A stretch of DNA of 64,000 nucleotides from Octopus sinensis. Lineage: Eukaryota. Positions 47,908 to 61,620 of the stretch are shown piece by piece. Position 1 is the stretch's first letter. Each line of letters starts with the position of its first letter. Both the position numbers and the translations under genes were made by a program. The notes below the pieces were generated by a model. It worked only from the letters and a program-made list of their open reading frames with translations. It searched no databases and was not told where the DNA came from. The stretch is taken from positions 20,336,001 to 20,400,000 of the forward strand of contig NC_043017.1 of the NCBI RefSeq assembly GCF_006345805.1, in the 5' to 3' direction.

Positions 47908-48599
47908 GTTAAGGCACATATAAAGAATATTTATCTACCAATGCTTTGTTGAGCTCTCATTCACCACATGTATAGTTAGTGAGAGAGAGAGATAGAACAT
48001 CATCATCATCATCATCATTTAATATCTATTTTCTATGCTGGCTGGTATGTCTTGGACAGTTTGGCAGGAGTTGGTAAGATGCATCTTCGAAATGATTGCT
48101 ATGGCTAAATGCCCTTACTAATACTGACCATGTTACAATGAGTACTAGTTGATTACATCGTCCCCAGTTCTTGACTGGTACTTCAACGGAAACATTTTGC
48201 CCACCTTGACAACGATTCTGTCAGCTCACTGCCTTAATAATAATAATAATAATAATACTTATAATAATAATGATGATGATAATCATGTTGATCCCTGGCT
48301 TACCATCCATGTAGGAAGTGCAAAAGACTGTCTTAACTGGTTCATCATACATACTGAGAAGAACATTGCTGCTGTGAATTTTCCTCCCCACCTTCTACTT
48401 TATTTGTTTACTTTTCTATTTTTTTTATTTTTTCCTTTTTCTCCTTGTCTTCCTCCTTTTCTATCTCACATGACTCTGTAAATTAACAATCTGGTGTGTT
48501 TGTTTTAATGGACTACCAATGTACACAGTATGTTTCTCTGCTCTAGGTGTCAGGAAGACACTTGGCAAGAAATGGAAATGCAACTGAAAGAAGATGCTG

Positions 48600-48645
<46 letters not shown>

Positions 48646-48646
<1 letters not shown>

Positions 48647-48842
48647 CCTTTCTACTATAGGCACAAGGCCTGAAATTTGATAGGGGAGGGGACTAGTTGA
48701 TTACACCAATCCCAGTGTTTCACTGGTACTTAATTTATCCACCCCTGGAGGGACGAAATGCAAAGTTGACCTCGGTGGAATTTGAACTCAGAATGTAAAG
48801 ACAGACTTTGCCCGGTGTGCTAACGGTTCTGCTAGGTTGCCG
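48646..48842 (-). mobile_element. Family-A SINE after an (AAT)n tract
   Basis: tcctttctactataggcacaaggcctgaaa...gacctcggtggaatttgaactcagaatg. Confidence 0.88.
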
Positions 48843-48949
48843 AATAATAAAACTCCAAATGAAATAGGATTAACCAAACAAAATTTCTAAAACCCATTTT
48901 TTTTTGCTATAAATTGGAGTTGGTTTTTTAAAACAAAGGAATGTTCTCT

Positions 48950-49962
48950 CATTAGCATAATGGTCATGGCGCTAAGTAAAGATAACGGTGGTGGAGGCAG
49001 TAAAAATGGTGATGAAGGTAATGATGACGGTGGTGGGTTTAGGGGTGATGACAGAGATGGTGGTAGTGGTATTGGCAGTTGTGGTTGTGATGACAGTCAT
49101 GGAGACAGAGGTAGTGGAAAAAGTTGTTGGGGTGGTAGCATTGGTGGTGTTAGCAGCGAGTGTGGGGTGGCCACGATGGTGGGTGCAACGGAAGTGATAA
49201 TGGTGATGATAGTGAGGGTCATGGGTAGAGGCTGTTCTGGCTGTGATGGTGATAGCAGTGTTGATAGTAGTAGTAGTAGTAGTAGTTGTGATGGTGGTGG
49301 TGGTGAAGGTAATGGTGTTGATGGTAGTGGAGTTTATAATAGTGATGATAGTAGTAGTAGTAGTAGTAGTAGTAGTTGTGTAGATGGTGGTGGTGGTAGT
49401 GGAGTTTATAATAGTTATGATAGTTATAGTAGCAGTAGCAGTATTAGTAGATGTAGTAGTAGAATTAATAGAAGTGGCAGTTGTAGTGGTAGCAATAGTA
49501 GTAGTAGTAGTAGTAGAAGCAGCAGTGGTGGTTGTGGTATTTGGTAAGGATACTGATATTTGATAATAATGACGATAATACTAATAGTAGTAGCAGCAGC
49601 AGTAGTAGTTATGGTGGTGATGATAACAATAGTAGTGGTGGCAGTGGTAGTAGTGGCCATGGTGATAACAGAAGTAATAACGAAAGTGACGTCGATGGTA
49701 ATGATGATAATTACGATGATGATGATGATGAGGGGGTGAGAATGGTGAAGGCGGCAGAGTTACCAAGAAAGGTAGAGCAGGCAAGATGGCAGAGGAACTC
49801 CAGATGCTGAGGAATCAAAGAAGGAAATTGCGATGGAGAGTCTGTTGTTAATATATCGGTTGTTAAGGAACCTTGTCGCAGCAGTCAGTATTTCCTGTTA
49901 ACCGTTATTCCATTCCAACAGACACAGAGGGGACACATATACAACATGTGTGCATTAGTGTA

Positions 49963-50007
<45 letters not shown>

Positions 50008-50420
50008 ATATATATATATATACATATATATACATATATACATATATATATACATATATATATATACATATATACATATACATATATATATATATATATA
50101 CTCACACTCATATATAGATATACATAATATATACTTATATATATATATATATCCATGCATATTATGTACATATATATACATAAATATATGTACATATACA
50201 TACATGTGTATATATACATTAACATATATACAAGCACATACATATGTTCATTTATATATACATGCATATATATATATATATATATTTTATATGTACATGT
50301 GTATATATATATATATATACGTACATACATACATGTACATGTATATTTTATATATATATATGACATGCACACACATACACACATATATATATGTATATAT
50401 ATGTGTGAGTACATACACAC
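48950..50420. repeat. (GGT/GAT/AGT) degenerate tract followed by a (TA)/(TACA) tract
   Basis: Direct reading. Confidence 0.93.
49764..49806 (-). CDS. Candidate micro-exon (43 nt)
   Basis: Acceptor tttccttctttgattcctcag, donor ttg|gtaact; all three frames open; phase-2 reading IWSSSAILPALPFL is compatible with 54931-54996. Confidence 0.2.
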
Positions 50421-50618
50421 ACACGTCGAGGCACGTTAAAATGTTGAACAGAAATTATGGCTTTCGTTAGTGAATAATGGCGGAATAAAATGAATAAATT
50501 AGGTTTGGTTAATCATAATTCATGGTTAGAAAATTGAAATAGTGTGATTGTAAAGATTATAATTAATATTGTATAAATATATATTGTGAGAGTGAGAGAG
50601 AAAAAGAGAGCATATGTA

Positions 50619-50653
<35 letters not shown>

Positions 50654-51503
50654 ATTACAATTACACTGAAGGTGTCTTGATAGCCTTTTAAAACAAATAG
50701 AGTTATGTTAATTTTTGCTTTATTTCATAATACCATTATGTACAATAGAATCATACATATACACACACATATACATACATATGCAGACTCACTGATACAT
50801 ATATATGCATATATGATATATACATATATATAAACATATCTATATTTCTATTTGTATAGCTGTATGTATAATTAACGAGAACTCGTTTGTTATTTGTTCA
50901 TTAGCAACAATGCTATTTTGAAAGCCATTACTATCGATTGCTCTAATTGGTAATAAATCAGCAGAAGACGATGCTCAAAGACAGACATTGTTATACAAGG
51001 CTACATTGGCATTTAGAAATGTATTCTTGGTAAAGCAGAGTGACAAACATACATACAACCATGCAAACACACACAGAGAGCAGCTATTCTTTTAAACAAG
51101 TATTAGAACCATGAATGTGTTTCAGCTTATTTTTGTATTTATCAAGACATTTCCAAATATTTGTGAGAGGTTCTCGCAGTGTTAAGAACAATTAAGTTGC
51201 CAAAATAAGAAAATGGAGAAATACATCTAAATCATTTATCAACTACCAGATATACCCAATCACATACTTTATTAAACCACTACATAAGAACATTAAGGTT
51301 AAACAAAAAGATATTTAAACAAAAAAGTGTACATGAAGAGTAATACATACCATAGGTACAATCATTATAAGAGGATATAAATAAATAAATATAAATAGAT
51401 ATAAATATAAATATAAACTATATCTTACAGCTGTTCGGCCATGCAGATAAGTATATTGGATATATGTTATCCCATGGAGGGTTGAATTGCAACCCCTATC
51501 TCA

Positions 51504-51534
<31 letters not shown>

Positions 51535-51773
51535 CTTTATTTAAAAGCAGCAGAAAATTCAACAAAACCTGTTACTCTGAGTTTCACGTTCCCATTCGTC
51601 GGACACTTTTTGCTAGAAAAAACTGTCCGACAAACAGGAAAAGGAAACTCAGAGTAACAGGTTTGTTGAATTTTCTGCTGCTTTTAATAAAGCATATTAC
51701 TCTACCCCTGGTATTTGAGTACTCATTTTTCACCTTGTTTCACATTTATGTCTTACTCCGGTTGTATATATAT
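51535..51773. mobile_element. (TA)n-embedded element whose first ~158 nt form one long hairpin
   Basis: 51535-51585 pairs with 51644-51692; inner stem gtcggaca/tgtccgac; TA tracts on both sides. Confidence 0.85.
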
Positions 51774-51843
51774 ATGATGATGATGATGATGATGTATATA
51801 ATAGTATATATATATATTATATGTATGTATTGTATGTATGTAG

Positions 51844-51881
<38 letters not shown>

Positions 51882-51899
51882 ATATGTATGTATGTATAT

Positions 51900-52752
51900 A
51901 TATGGCATGGCTGTGTAGTTAGAAGTCTGCTCTGCAGCCATATGGTTTCAGGTTCAGTCGCATTGCACAGCACATTAGGGGAAGTATGTTCTTGCCCCAC
52001 ACTGACCAATGTCATGTGAATGGATTTGTTAGATGGAAACTGTGCAGAAACCTGTCGTACTTATGTATGTGCATTTGTTTTCCCCCATCACTACTTGCAT
52101 TTAACTTAGCAGTTGGGCAACAGAAACTGAAAGAATAAGTATCGGCCCTGGAGCAATAAATACTGGGGTTGATTTAACTTGTTTCAGCCATGCGTGTAGC
52201 ATTGCCTTTAGTCACCTTTGTCGAAAAAATCAACCTCATGACTCACTATTTGTAAGCCTAGTACTTATTCTATTGGTCTCTTTTGCTAAAACGCTAAGTT
52301 ATGAGGACATAAACACACCAACATCGGTTGTCAAGTGATTGTGTGGGGACAAACACAGATGCACAAATTACTATTATATATATTATATACACGAACTGAC
52401 CTTCTTATCCTTTCCATCTACCAAATCCACTCATAAGGCTTATATATATAGAGGGAGAGAGAGTGAGAGACAGACAGACAGACAGACAGAGGGAGAGATG
52501 GAAAGAAAGAGAGGCAATTATACAGATATAAAGGTGGCCAGCTGGCAGAAATGTTAGCACACCAGGTGAAATGCTTAGCAGTATTTCATCTATCTTTAAG
52601 TTCTGAGTTCAAATTCTGCAGAGATCGACTTTGCCTTTCATCCTTTCGGGATCGATAAATTAAGTACCAGTTTCGTACTGGAGTCGATCTAATCAAGTGC
52701 CCACCCAACTCCCAACAAAAATTTCGGGCCTTGTGCCTAAAGTAGAAAGGAA
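51900..52752. mobile_element. SINE cluster: family B (+, 51900-52170), family B (-, 52175-52440), family A (+, 52532-52752)
   Basis: Diagnostic motifs as above. Confidence 0.85.
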
Positions 52753-53081
52753 TTATGCAGATAAAAAATTTAGATATATTATGTATAAGAGTTTAGGTAT
52801 GAAGTACTAAATATATATGTGTATATATGCTAAGCGAGAGAAAGCAAAAAAAAGGGAGATTTTCAGATGATGAATATTTAAGTATAAATAAATAATATAG
52901 CTATTTATATTAATAGATCCAACTTAAAGCCATTCTTTACCCCATGGAATTGATCCCATGTAAAGACACCAGAGTCTAAGCTTGAATCATTTGAGTGCTT
53001 CTAAGTGCCTTCAATGCTGAGACTGTTTGGTTCCCATCTGTGGACAATATATACATATATATGTGTGTGTGTGTGTGTGTG

Positions 53082-53121
<40 letters not shown>

Positions 53122-53158
53122 GTATATTATATATAATATATATATATATATATATATG

Positions 53159-53205
<47 letters not shown>

Positions 53206-54930
53206 ATGTATTATATATACAAACGTGCACATGCACACACACACACACACACATAGAGCTATATGTAGATAAATGTGTATGTACACATCTGTTAAGGGTT
53301 ATGGTTTTTGTTAAGTATAAAATATATGACATTTTAGGAGCAACAAACCTAAGACAGCTTCCTGGTTCAGGTCCCTTCCCATGGGATCTATTCTTCCACT
53401 TTATCATGGGTTTGTGCTTATAAATGCCTCATATAATTTGAAAAGTGGATATAAATTGATATATATATATATATATATATAAATACACACACACACATAT
53501 ATATATATGCTCTACCACATACATACGTACATATATGTATGTATGTGTGTGTGTGTATATAATATATATTTAAATATATATATACTTATACATATATATC
53601 AATAGATATATATATATATATATATCTATTGATATATATATAAATATATATATGTATATACTTATATATATGTATATACACTCTTGTAGTTGGCATTGTA
53701 TATATATATATATACACACACACATACACCCACACACACACTTATATGTCCACACGCATGCTGTAACATTTATATATATATATATATATACACATATACA
53801 AACGCATGCTTATGTGAGTATTATGTTCAGCAACATATATTTAAGACGTGTGTTTGTGTGCATGACTATTTGCATATCTGTGTGTGTACATGTATGCGTG
53901 CGCGTGTGTGTGCATGTATGTGTGTGTGTGCGTGTATGTGTGTGTGGGAGTGGGGGTAGGGTGCATGACTGTGACCTAACACGTGCTAAAGTGCAAAGAG
54001 TTGAGTTAGCACATCACAATTCCGTCTGGGAAGACAGCTAGATAAGAAAATTACATTATTTACAAAGTTCACCATAATTAATTACCGCAAAGTGGGGAAA
54101 CTCAAAAAAAAAAAAAATATAGGAGCCGAGATGTAGCAAGTATCGGACAAAAAGTGCACACAATTATAGAGTGTGGGAGGGAGGTCACCGAGTTCTTCAG
54201 TAATTCAAGAAATTATTATTATCTTTATCATTATTGTTGTTGTTGTTGTTGGTCTTTTTATTAAATATCACAGTCCACAGAGGAAACAGTTCATTTGGAA
54301 CAATAAAAATAAATACATCAAACTGAGGGTTCCTTCTGCTATGTAAGCTCTCAGAACTCTTTTATTATTAAATATTTTGTGACTAACAGCTTTGAATGTA
54401 TCCTGTATATACAAAGAGAAATGGGGTGGTGGTGGTGGTGGGAAGACATGACACGGAAATTATTGTTCAACATGAAGTGTGATTAAAAGACACAAAATGG
54501 TTCCAGTTTCGGTGGAGGGGGTAAGAAGCCTGTTTTTTGTTGTTGTTTTAGAGAAAGAGAGAGAGAGAGAGAGGGAGAGAGATGGAGAGAGAGGGAGAGA
54601 GAGAGAGATCTGAGATTCAAGGTTCTGTATGAATGAATTTCAAAATAAATTTGATTATTTTTCAAAGTTGTTCATAAGGAATGCAATTCCAAAATGATTA
54701 CTCAGAGTTCTGAAAACTCGCTAATAAACTTTTTTTTTAAAAACGAAAACTACAAATAAAGCAACAACAAATGAGTAAAACAAAAGGGGGAGAAAGAGAG
54801 AGGGAGAGAGAGAGATGTAATATTCTGTTTATATATTCTGGTATATTGGAATATATGGTTGGCTGATAAATTTGAAAACTTCCCCATGCTTACAATGTCT
54901 TCTTCGTATCTGGAAGAATCGGTGGCTCAC

Positions 54931-54996
54931 CCAAGGATCCATATAGCTTTATATATGAACACAGCAAGTCTTGTTATTATGCTTATTAATTCCCAC
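54931..54996 (-). CDS. Candidate internal exon (66 nt, phase 2 to 2), hydrophobic peptide
   Basis: Acceptor ccttttcctaaattacag, donor gg|gtgagc; only open frame WELISIITRLAVFIYKAIWILG. Confidence 0.25.
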
Positions 54997-55151
54997 CTGT
55001 AATTTAGGAAAAGGTTTATTGAAGATGGGTAGTATTGGGGGTGGGTTTGGAGTAGAGGAAGTGAGGTGAGGTCATTTGCGAGGAATGTGGCAGAAATGTA
55101 TCAAATATAAAGTTTTCAACAGTGCAAAAGCTCAAAATATGTTAATAATAA

Positions 55152-55471
55152 CCCTTTCTCCTATAGGCGCAAGGCCTGAAATTTTGGGGGAGGGGACTAG
55201 TTGATTACATCGACCCTTGTGTTTCACTGGTACTTATTTTATCGACTCCAAAAGGATAAAAGGCAAAATTGACCTCAGCGGAATTTGAACTCAGGATGCA
55301 AAGACAAGCAAAATGCTGCCAAGCATTTTGCCTGGTGTGCTAATGATTGTTCCAGCTCATCAACTTAATAATAATAACAATAATAATAATAATAATAATA
55401 ATAAGAATGATAATAATAATAATCATAATAATAATAATGATAATAATAATGATAATAATAATAGTAATAAT

Positions 55472-55513
<42 letters not shown>

Positions 55514-55586
55514 TAATAAATAATACAATAATAATAATAATGATAATAATAATGATATATAATAATAGTAATAATATAATAATAAT

Positions 55587-55657
<71 letters not shown>

Positions 55658-55782
55658 TAATTAATAATGATAATAATAATAATAGTAATATAATAATAAT
55701 CATAATAATAATAATAATAATATAAGATATATAATAATAATATAATAATAATAATGATATCAATAATAATAATATAATAATC

Positions 55783-55828
<46 letters not shown>

Positions 55829-55920
55829 TAATAATAATAATAATACTAATTAATAATAATGATAATAATAATGATAATAATATAATAATAATAAAATAAT
55901 AATAATAATAATAATGATAA
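55152..55920 (-). mobile_element. Family-A SINE (55152-55366) abutting a ~550-bp (AAT)n tract
   Basis: Direct reading. Confidence 0.9.
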
Positions 55921-56033
55921 TAAAGTGTATTTTCGACGAACAAGTCTTGGGTACTTTTCAACAATGAATACACTCCATAAAAATTCATAAAAAAGCATCA
56001 TTTTAACGTGAAGCACAAACTTTTCCCTCAACC

Positions 56034-56067
<34 letters not shown>

Positions 56068-56624
56068 GAGTGAGAGAGCAGTGCATGTCATCAAAGTGAC
56101 ACTGGGGTACAAATATACGAAACCCAATATACCCATCATGACTACCCGTCTAAGAAGGGTACACCAGGCACATGCATCACAACCACATGTGCCCGACATG
56201 GTGATCTCATATCAAGATAAACAGTGCATGACCTTGCAGGTGGGGCCCCAGTTAGAATTTTTTCAGGTCAAGTAGACCATCCCGCTCTCAAAGGTCCCTG
56301 AATAAGGTTTTAAGGATGTTGAACGAAACACCCATGTTTTCAGAGGTGAATTATTCAAAAAACCCCAAGAAATCCTCTCTCAACACATGGCTATGATGCT
56401 CCCCACTACTTCTGCTCGTGATCAGAGATGCACATATCGTCAGCCACTAAGGGACATGCTCAACTGGTTAAGGTCAAACAACTGACAAGGCAAATCTGTG
56501 GTGTGAGCAGAATATTTGCTTGTAGCCCATCTTTTATACCAAGACAAAACAATGTACATAATAACACTTCCAATTAGTTAAGATCAGAAGCTGCGAGAGC
56601 CACTGCCTGGTACAGCATCGGGGC
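56068..56624 (-). mobile_element. Family G ~560-bp element, full length, inside (ATT)n, with a duplicated 15-bp terminus
   Basis: (ATT)n on both sides; catcggggcatttat at 56616-56630 and 56631-56645. Confidence 0.92.
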
Positions 56625-56639
56625 ATTTATCATCGGGGC

Positions 56640-56690
<51 letters not shown>

Positions 56691-57426
56691 GCATACATAT
56701 ACACATACATATGCATATATGTGTGTGTGTGTGTGTATAGAGAGAGAGAGAGTTTATTGATTTCAGTCCGATACAAGCAGCAAGCAAAAAAAAAAAAAAA
56801 AAAAAAGGAAAAGAAAAGAAAAAGAATCCTGCCATTCTTTATACCAAGACTCTTATGTACTTTAGTACTTTGGTACTGGGAAGTTTAGCACCTGGGCAGA
56901 CAGAAGTGGCACATCCAGGTGAAGAACAGGAAATACGGAATACATATTTTATTAATTTATTGTGTTTATCCAAAAATGAGTGATGATATACATACATGTG
57001 TGTGTGTGTCTGTCTGTGTATGTGTGAGTGTATATGTGTGAGTGTATGTGTGAGTGTGTGATTAAGTAGGTATATGCATGTTTATATCGGTGAAGTGGCA
57101 ACATGCCTGCAACTGCTATTAGTCGCTGTTCTGATGGAACTGGTTAAAATACTAATTCAACTCAGAGTGAATTAATTAGCAGAATGTTCCACATGGCAAT
57201 TAGCAGATTAATTAAGACCTGGTTTCATTCAGTAAGAAGACCAGTTTTGGTCTGCCTACAAAATTATACACTTTCACGCATGCTTCAATGCATTCATTTA
57301 CATGCATGATGGTACAGATACACACATGGATGAAATCACAAACACAAACACACACACCCACACACACACACACAAGTACATATATATATATATATGTCTC
57401 ACTGAAAGAGTGCAGATTTTGTTCAG

Positions 57427-57503
57427 ATCAATTTTTCAAGCTGATTATATGGAAGAATGGTGTACATCTCCAAAATACAGCATGTTCAAAAACTCGCCCT
57501 GCA
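57427..57503 (+). CDS. Candidate internal exon (77 nt), product unknown
   Basis: gattttgttcag| ... gca|GTAAGT; two open frames (SIFQADYMEEWCTSPKYSMFKNSPC or QFFKLIIWKNGVHLQNTACSKTRPA). Confidence 0.3.
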
Positions 57504-57584
57504 GTAAGTATTTTATTGCAAAATAAATATTTATAACATGGAATAAGACTAGAAAAGAAAATATTGGACTTTACAAGACTTTAA

Positions 57585-57805
57585 CCCTTTAGCATTTAAA
57601 CCGGCCATATCCCGCCAAAAGTATTCTGCCTGTTTTATGTTCAAACTGGCCATATCTGGTCTCTCACACCAACCCTACAATATCATCTTAAAAATTAATA
57701 GCTACCTCATCAAAATCTCATAGCTACAAGATAATGCATGATTAGTTCAAAACAATGTGGATGAAAAAGCATTAACTTTGGCAGAATAATGTGAACACTA
57801 AAGGG
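57585..57805. mobile_element. piggyBac-type MITE (second family)
   Basis: TTAA at 57581-84 and 57806-09; termini ccctttag / ctaaaggg. Confidence 0.88.
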
Positions 57806-57867
57806 TTAAAAAAACTTTATACGAGGTGTTGAAAGTGTCATCCTTCATTTTCAGTACATAAGTTAAC

Positions 57868-58282
57868 TCGGATCTTTTCAGTTTGAATGGCAGTTTGTAA
57901 CATAATTTCTAGGTAACTAAAACATTTTAAACTTCGTATACTGGTAGAATGTGTTTATAAAACATCTTTTTCTCTTGGCTTTATTGAGAAAATTCTATAG
58001 TTTCTAAGATATTTGTTGTTTTTTTTCTTCAATTTCTGCAATTTCAACCAATCAATGATGTCCATTGAGGTAATAAACATTCTGTGCCATATGAATATGT
58101 CCCTCGTTTAAGAAACAGATTGGGTTTATTTACATTTGTGAGGAAAAAAAGATACCCTTCCCCCTAACCCTAACCCTAAAACAGATTGAAATGCAATAGA
58201 TCGATACCAGGGTCATAATTATGGGTGACAATTTCATATGACGCCGCCAGAAAAAACTGCTGTTCAAGCCGAAATGATCCGT
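57868..58282. mobile_element. TIR DNA element (~415 bp) with TTAA-like flanks and internal (CCCTAA)n
   Basis: ggatcttttcagtttgaatggcagttt vs aaactgctgttcaagccgaaatgatcc; ccctaaccctaaccctaa at ~58163-58180. Confidence 0.7.
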
Positions 58283-58868
58283 TAAATCTTCTAATGTTTT
58301 GAAATACATCTTGGAGAGCCTGAATGGTACGTACAGTGTGAAGGTTACGACTGCGGAGAGACTTTTTGAACATCCTGTACAACAAATGGACAACACTGTG
58401 GCAGGTTAAAAATACACCGCATATATATATTCATGGAGGCATGGCTGTGTGTTTATCATGTTTATTTGGCAACCACAAGATTTTGTGTTCAGTTCAAGTG
58501 TGTAATACTTTGTGCATGTGTTTTCCCCTATAACCCCTGGATGATCATTGCTTTGAGAAATCATTTGCTTGATAGAAGCAGAATGGAAGCATATTGCAGA
58601 TCACCATCATCATTGTTTAAATCACCAATTAAGTGTTTTGACTGTTATTTCCAGCTATTTAATGTCTTTTTGGGGTCTGCAATTGCCTATATTATTGATT
58701 CTGTTATCATCATCTTTAAATTGTTACACCAGATAATATTAAAGTCGATAATATCTTTGCAAATTATATTTTCACGAATTATTTGCTCCATATATATATA
58801 TATATATATTGGTAAAAACAGTAAGAAACAAAAGAAAGAAAGAGACCTCTATATTATAGCGTTTTCAG

Positions 58869-58944
58869 ATAGCCAGATAACTGAAGAGATTGTGTTGTGG
58901 ATTTCCACTTCGGCATCTGAAACTCAGAGTTTTATCTTGACTAT
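58869..58944 (+). ncRNA. Type I hammerhead-like motif, core CTGAAGA, in the second copy of the 17.2-kb element (58811-58972)
   Basis: atagccagataa CTGAAGA GAT...ATC t GAAA CTCAGAG T T ttatct(t)gactat. Confidence 0.55.
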
Positions 58945-59110
58945 TGAATAATGGTAACATATTAATTTACAGATATATATATATATAATAATAATAATTT
59001 GAGGGAATATTATTCCAAACTTACAGGTAAAAATTCAATTTATAAATACTAAATTAAATTTCACAAAATATAATATATATATATTAATTGATAAAAGGTA
59101 ATTTTTTCTA

Positions 59111-59153
<43 letters not shown>

Positions 59154-59192
59154 CATATACATACATACATATATAATATATATATACATATA

Positions 59193-59223
<31 letters not shown>

Positions 59224-59949
59224 ATAACATACATACATACATGGTGTGTATATGTATGTATATATATTCATATACATAATAAGTATATATATATATACAC
59301 ACACACATACACATACATAGGCGTATACATATGTATGTAGATATGTAATACATACACACGTGGGTGTGCACACACACATTCTTTTTTTTAACCTTTCAAA
59401 GGTCTTTCTTTAATGGACCATTCCATAATGACAATCCAAACTGGTTTAAAAAATTCTCAAAGACCATGGCACTGGTAAATGGATCAACATCAGCTATAAT
59501 TCAGAAGTGTAAAAAACACTTATGAGGATAGCAGATAGGCCGAGGGAAGGAAAGGAAAGGATGAAGGAGAAGAAGAAGAAGAGAAGAAGAAGAAAGAGAA
59601 GAAGAAGAAAGAAGGAATGAGGAGGAGGAGGAGGAGAGAGAGCGAAGAAGAAGAAGAAGAGAAGAAGAAGAAGAAGAAGAAGCGAAGAAAGAAGCAGCAG
59701 CAGAAGCAGATCATCTCAACTTGAGATAAGTGAAATGAATTAACATCCCTGTTTACCCCAGAATCCTTATGTCATACCCTCTAGAGATTCGAACCTCCAT
59801 CATTAAGCAATTTTCTGAAAACATCAGAACGATTTTTTTCTCCACTTCATTTGTTTCATAGACACAGATCACACACATCATTTCATATTAAATCACCCAG
59901 ATAACTTTCAATAGACAATAGGACTTGTTTTCCTAATTTTTGCCTCTGT

Positions 59950-59997
59950 GTGTATGTCTATTGAACGAAATATCCACACACGCACTCATACATACAT

Positions 59998-60034
<37 letters not shown>

Positions 60035-60174
60035 CACACATACACACACATACATATATATATAATAATAACATCTTATAAGCTCAAAGCTTATAAAATA
60101 TCATTATTATTATTATTATTCTTTACAGAACTGTAAAAGTCGATGTGGCTTAGCAACCGATACTGCAAACTATT

Positions 60175-60213
<39 letters not shown>

Positions 60214-60929
60214 CACACACACATTCACGCACACACACACACACTCACACACATATGCATTATATGCACACATGCTCATATAAAATATGTATGCATGTGA
60301 TATATACATATATACACAGGCACACATATAAATATACACACACATGTGAGTATATACTTTCACATATATAAATATGTGCGTGTGTGTGTGTATACATATA
60401 CAGACACACATACACGCTAAAAAACACAAAAACACACTTCTCCACGTGTCCACAACACTACATATATACTCATATACATACATACACACACACGTCTATA
60501 TATGTATGTATGTATGTATATATATGTACATATATATATATTATATAATATATATCATTAAGAACAATCTTACTTAGAAATGGATGCGTGCATTCCGTCA
60601 TATAATATATTAATAAATAAATAAAAACATATGCATATATACATACATATATGTACGTACCTACATCTACATGTACATATACATATATATGGGTACAGGA
60701 CACAAAAAAAACGTCAAACCATATACAACACACAAATACAAATGGACATGAATCCTGCCCCCCCCCCACAACACATACATCCCAACCCACATTAAAATAG
60801 CTCTGTACACATATACACATAGATATACACAAACGCTTTATAATATAGATATATATATAGATATATATATATATGTATATATATATGTATATATATATAT
60901 GTATATATATTATATATATATATATGTAT

Positions 60930-60969
<40 letters not shown>

Positions 60970-61620
60970 TATAATGTAGAATATATATGTATATATATAT
61001 ATATACATATGTATATATATATATACATATGTATTATATATATATACATATGTATATATATATATTATACATATGTATATAAGAATATATATCAGCATCT
61101 AGTATCATATAAACGTCCGTTTTACTTAGCATTATTTATCTAGCTAGCCCCATATTAGTTGGCATATATTTATACATGGATGCCCTATACGCTATATCGG
61201 TATAAGTGTTTTATACGTACCTATACATATAATCTATATTATGGTACTTTTTATATATAGAAAGAAATATAGAGCACAACATATATATATATACATTATA
61301 TATATATATTACATATATATATATATACATAATATATATACATAATATAAATATATACATATATATATACATATATATATATACATATATATATACAATA
61401 TATATACATATATTATACATATATATATAATATATATATACATATATATATATACATATATATATACATTATATATACATATAATATATACATATATAAT
61501 ATACATATATATATATACATATATATATATACATATATATTACATATATATATCATATATATCACAATATTATATATATCTATTATATAATATATATATG
61601 GTATATATATACAACACATA
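59950..61620. repeat. Extended (TA)/(CA)/(CATATA) microsatellite domain with short unique inserts
   Basis: Direct reading. Confidence 0.93.

Noticed and set aside
58163-58180. (CCCTAA)n telomere-like repeat
   Set aside because: Only about 3 units and internal to a TIR element; not an interstitial telomere
59407-59500. Minus-strand terminal-exon reading DVDPFTSAMVFENFLNQFGLSLWNGPLKKDL*
   Set aside because: Competes with two equally open plus-strand frames and has no recognisable homology; cannot be chosen without expression data
61080-61290. Unique-looking insert inside the long TA domain
   Set aside because: No structure, repeat match or frame; may be low-quality consensus within a TA tract
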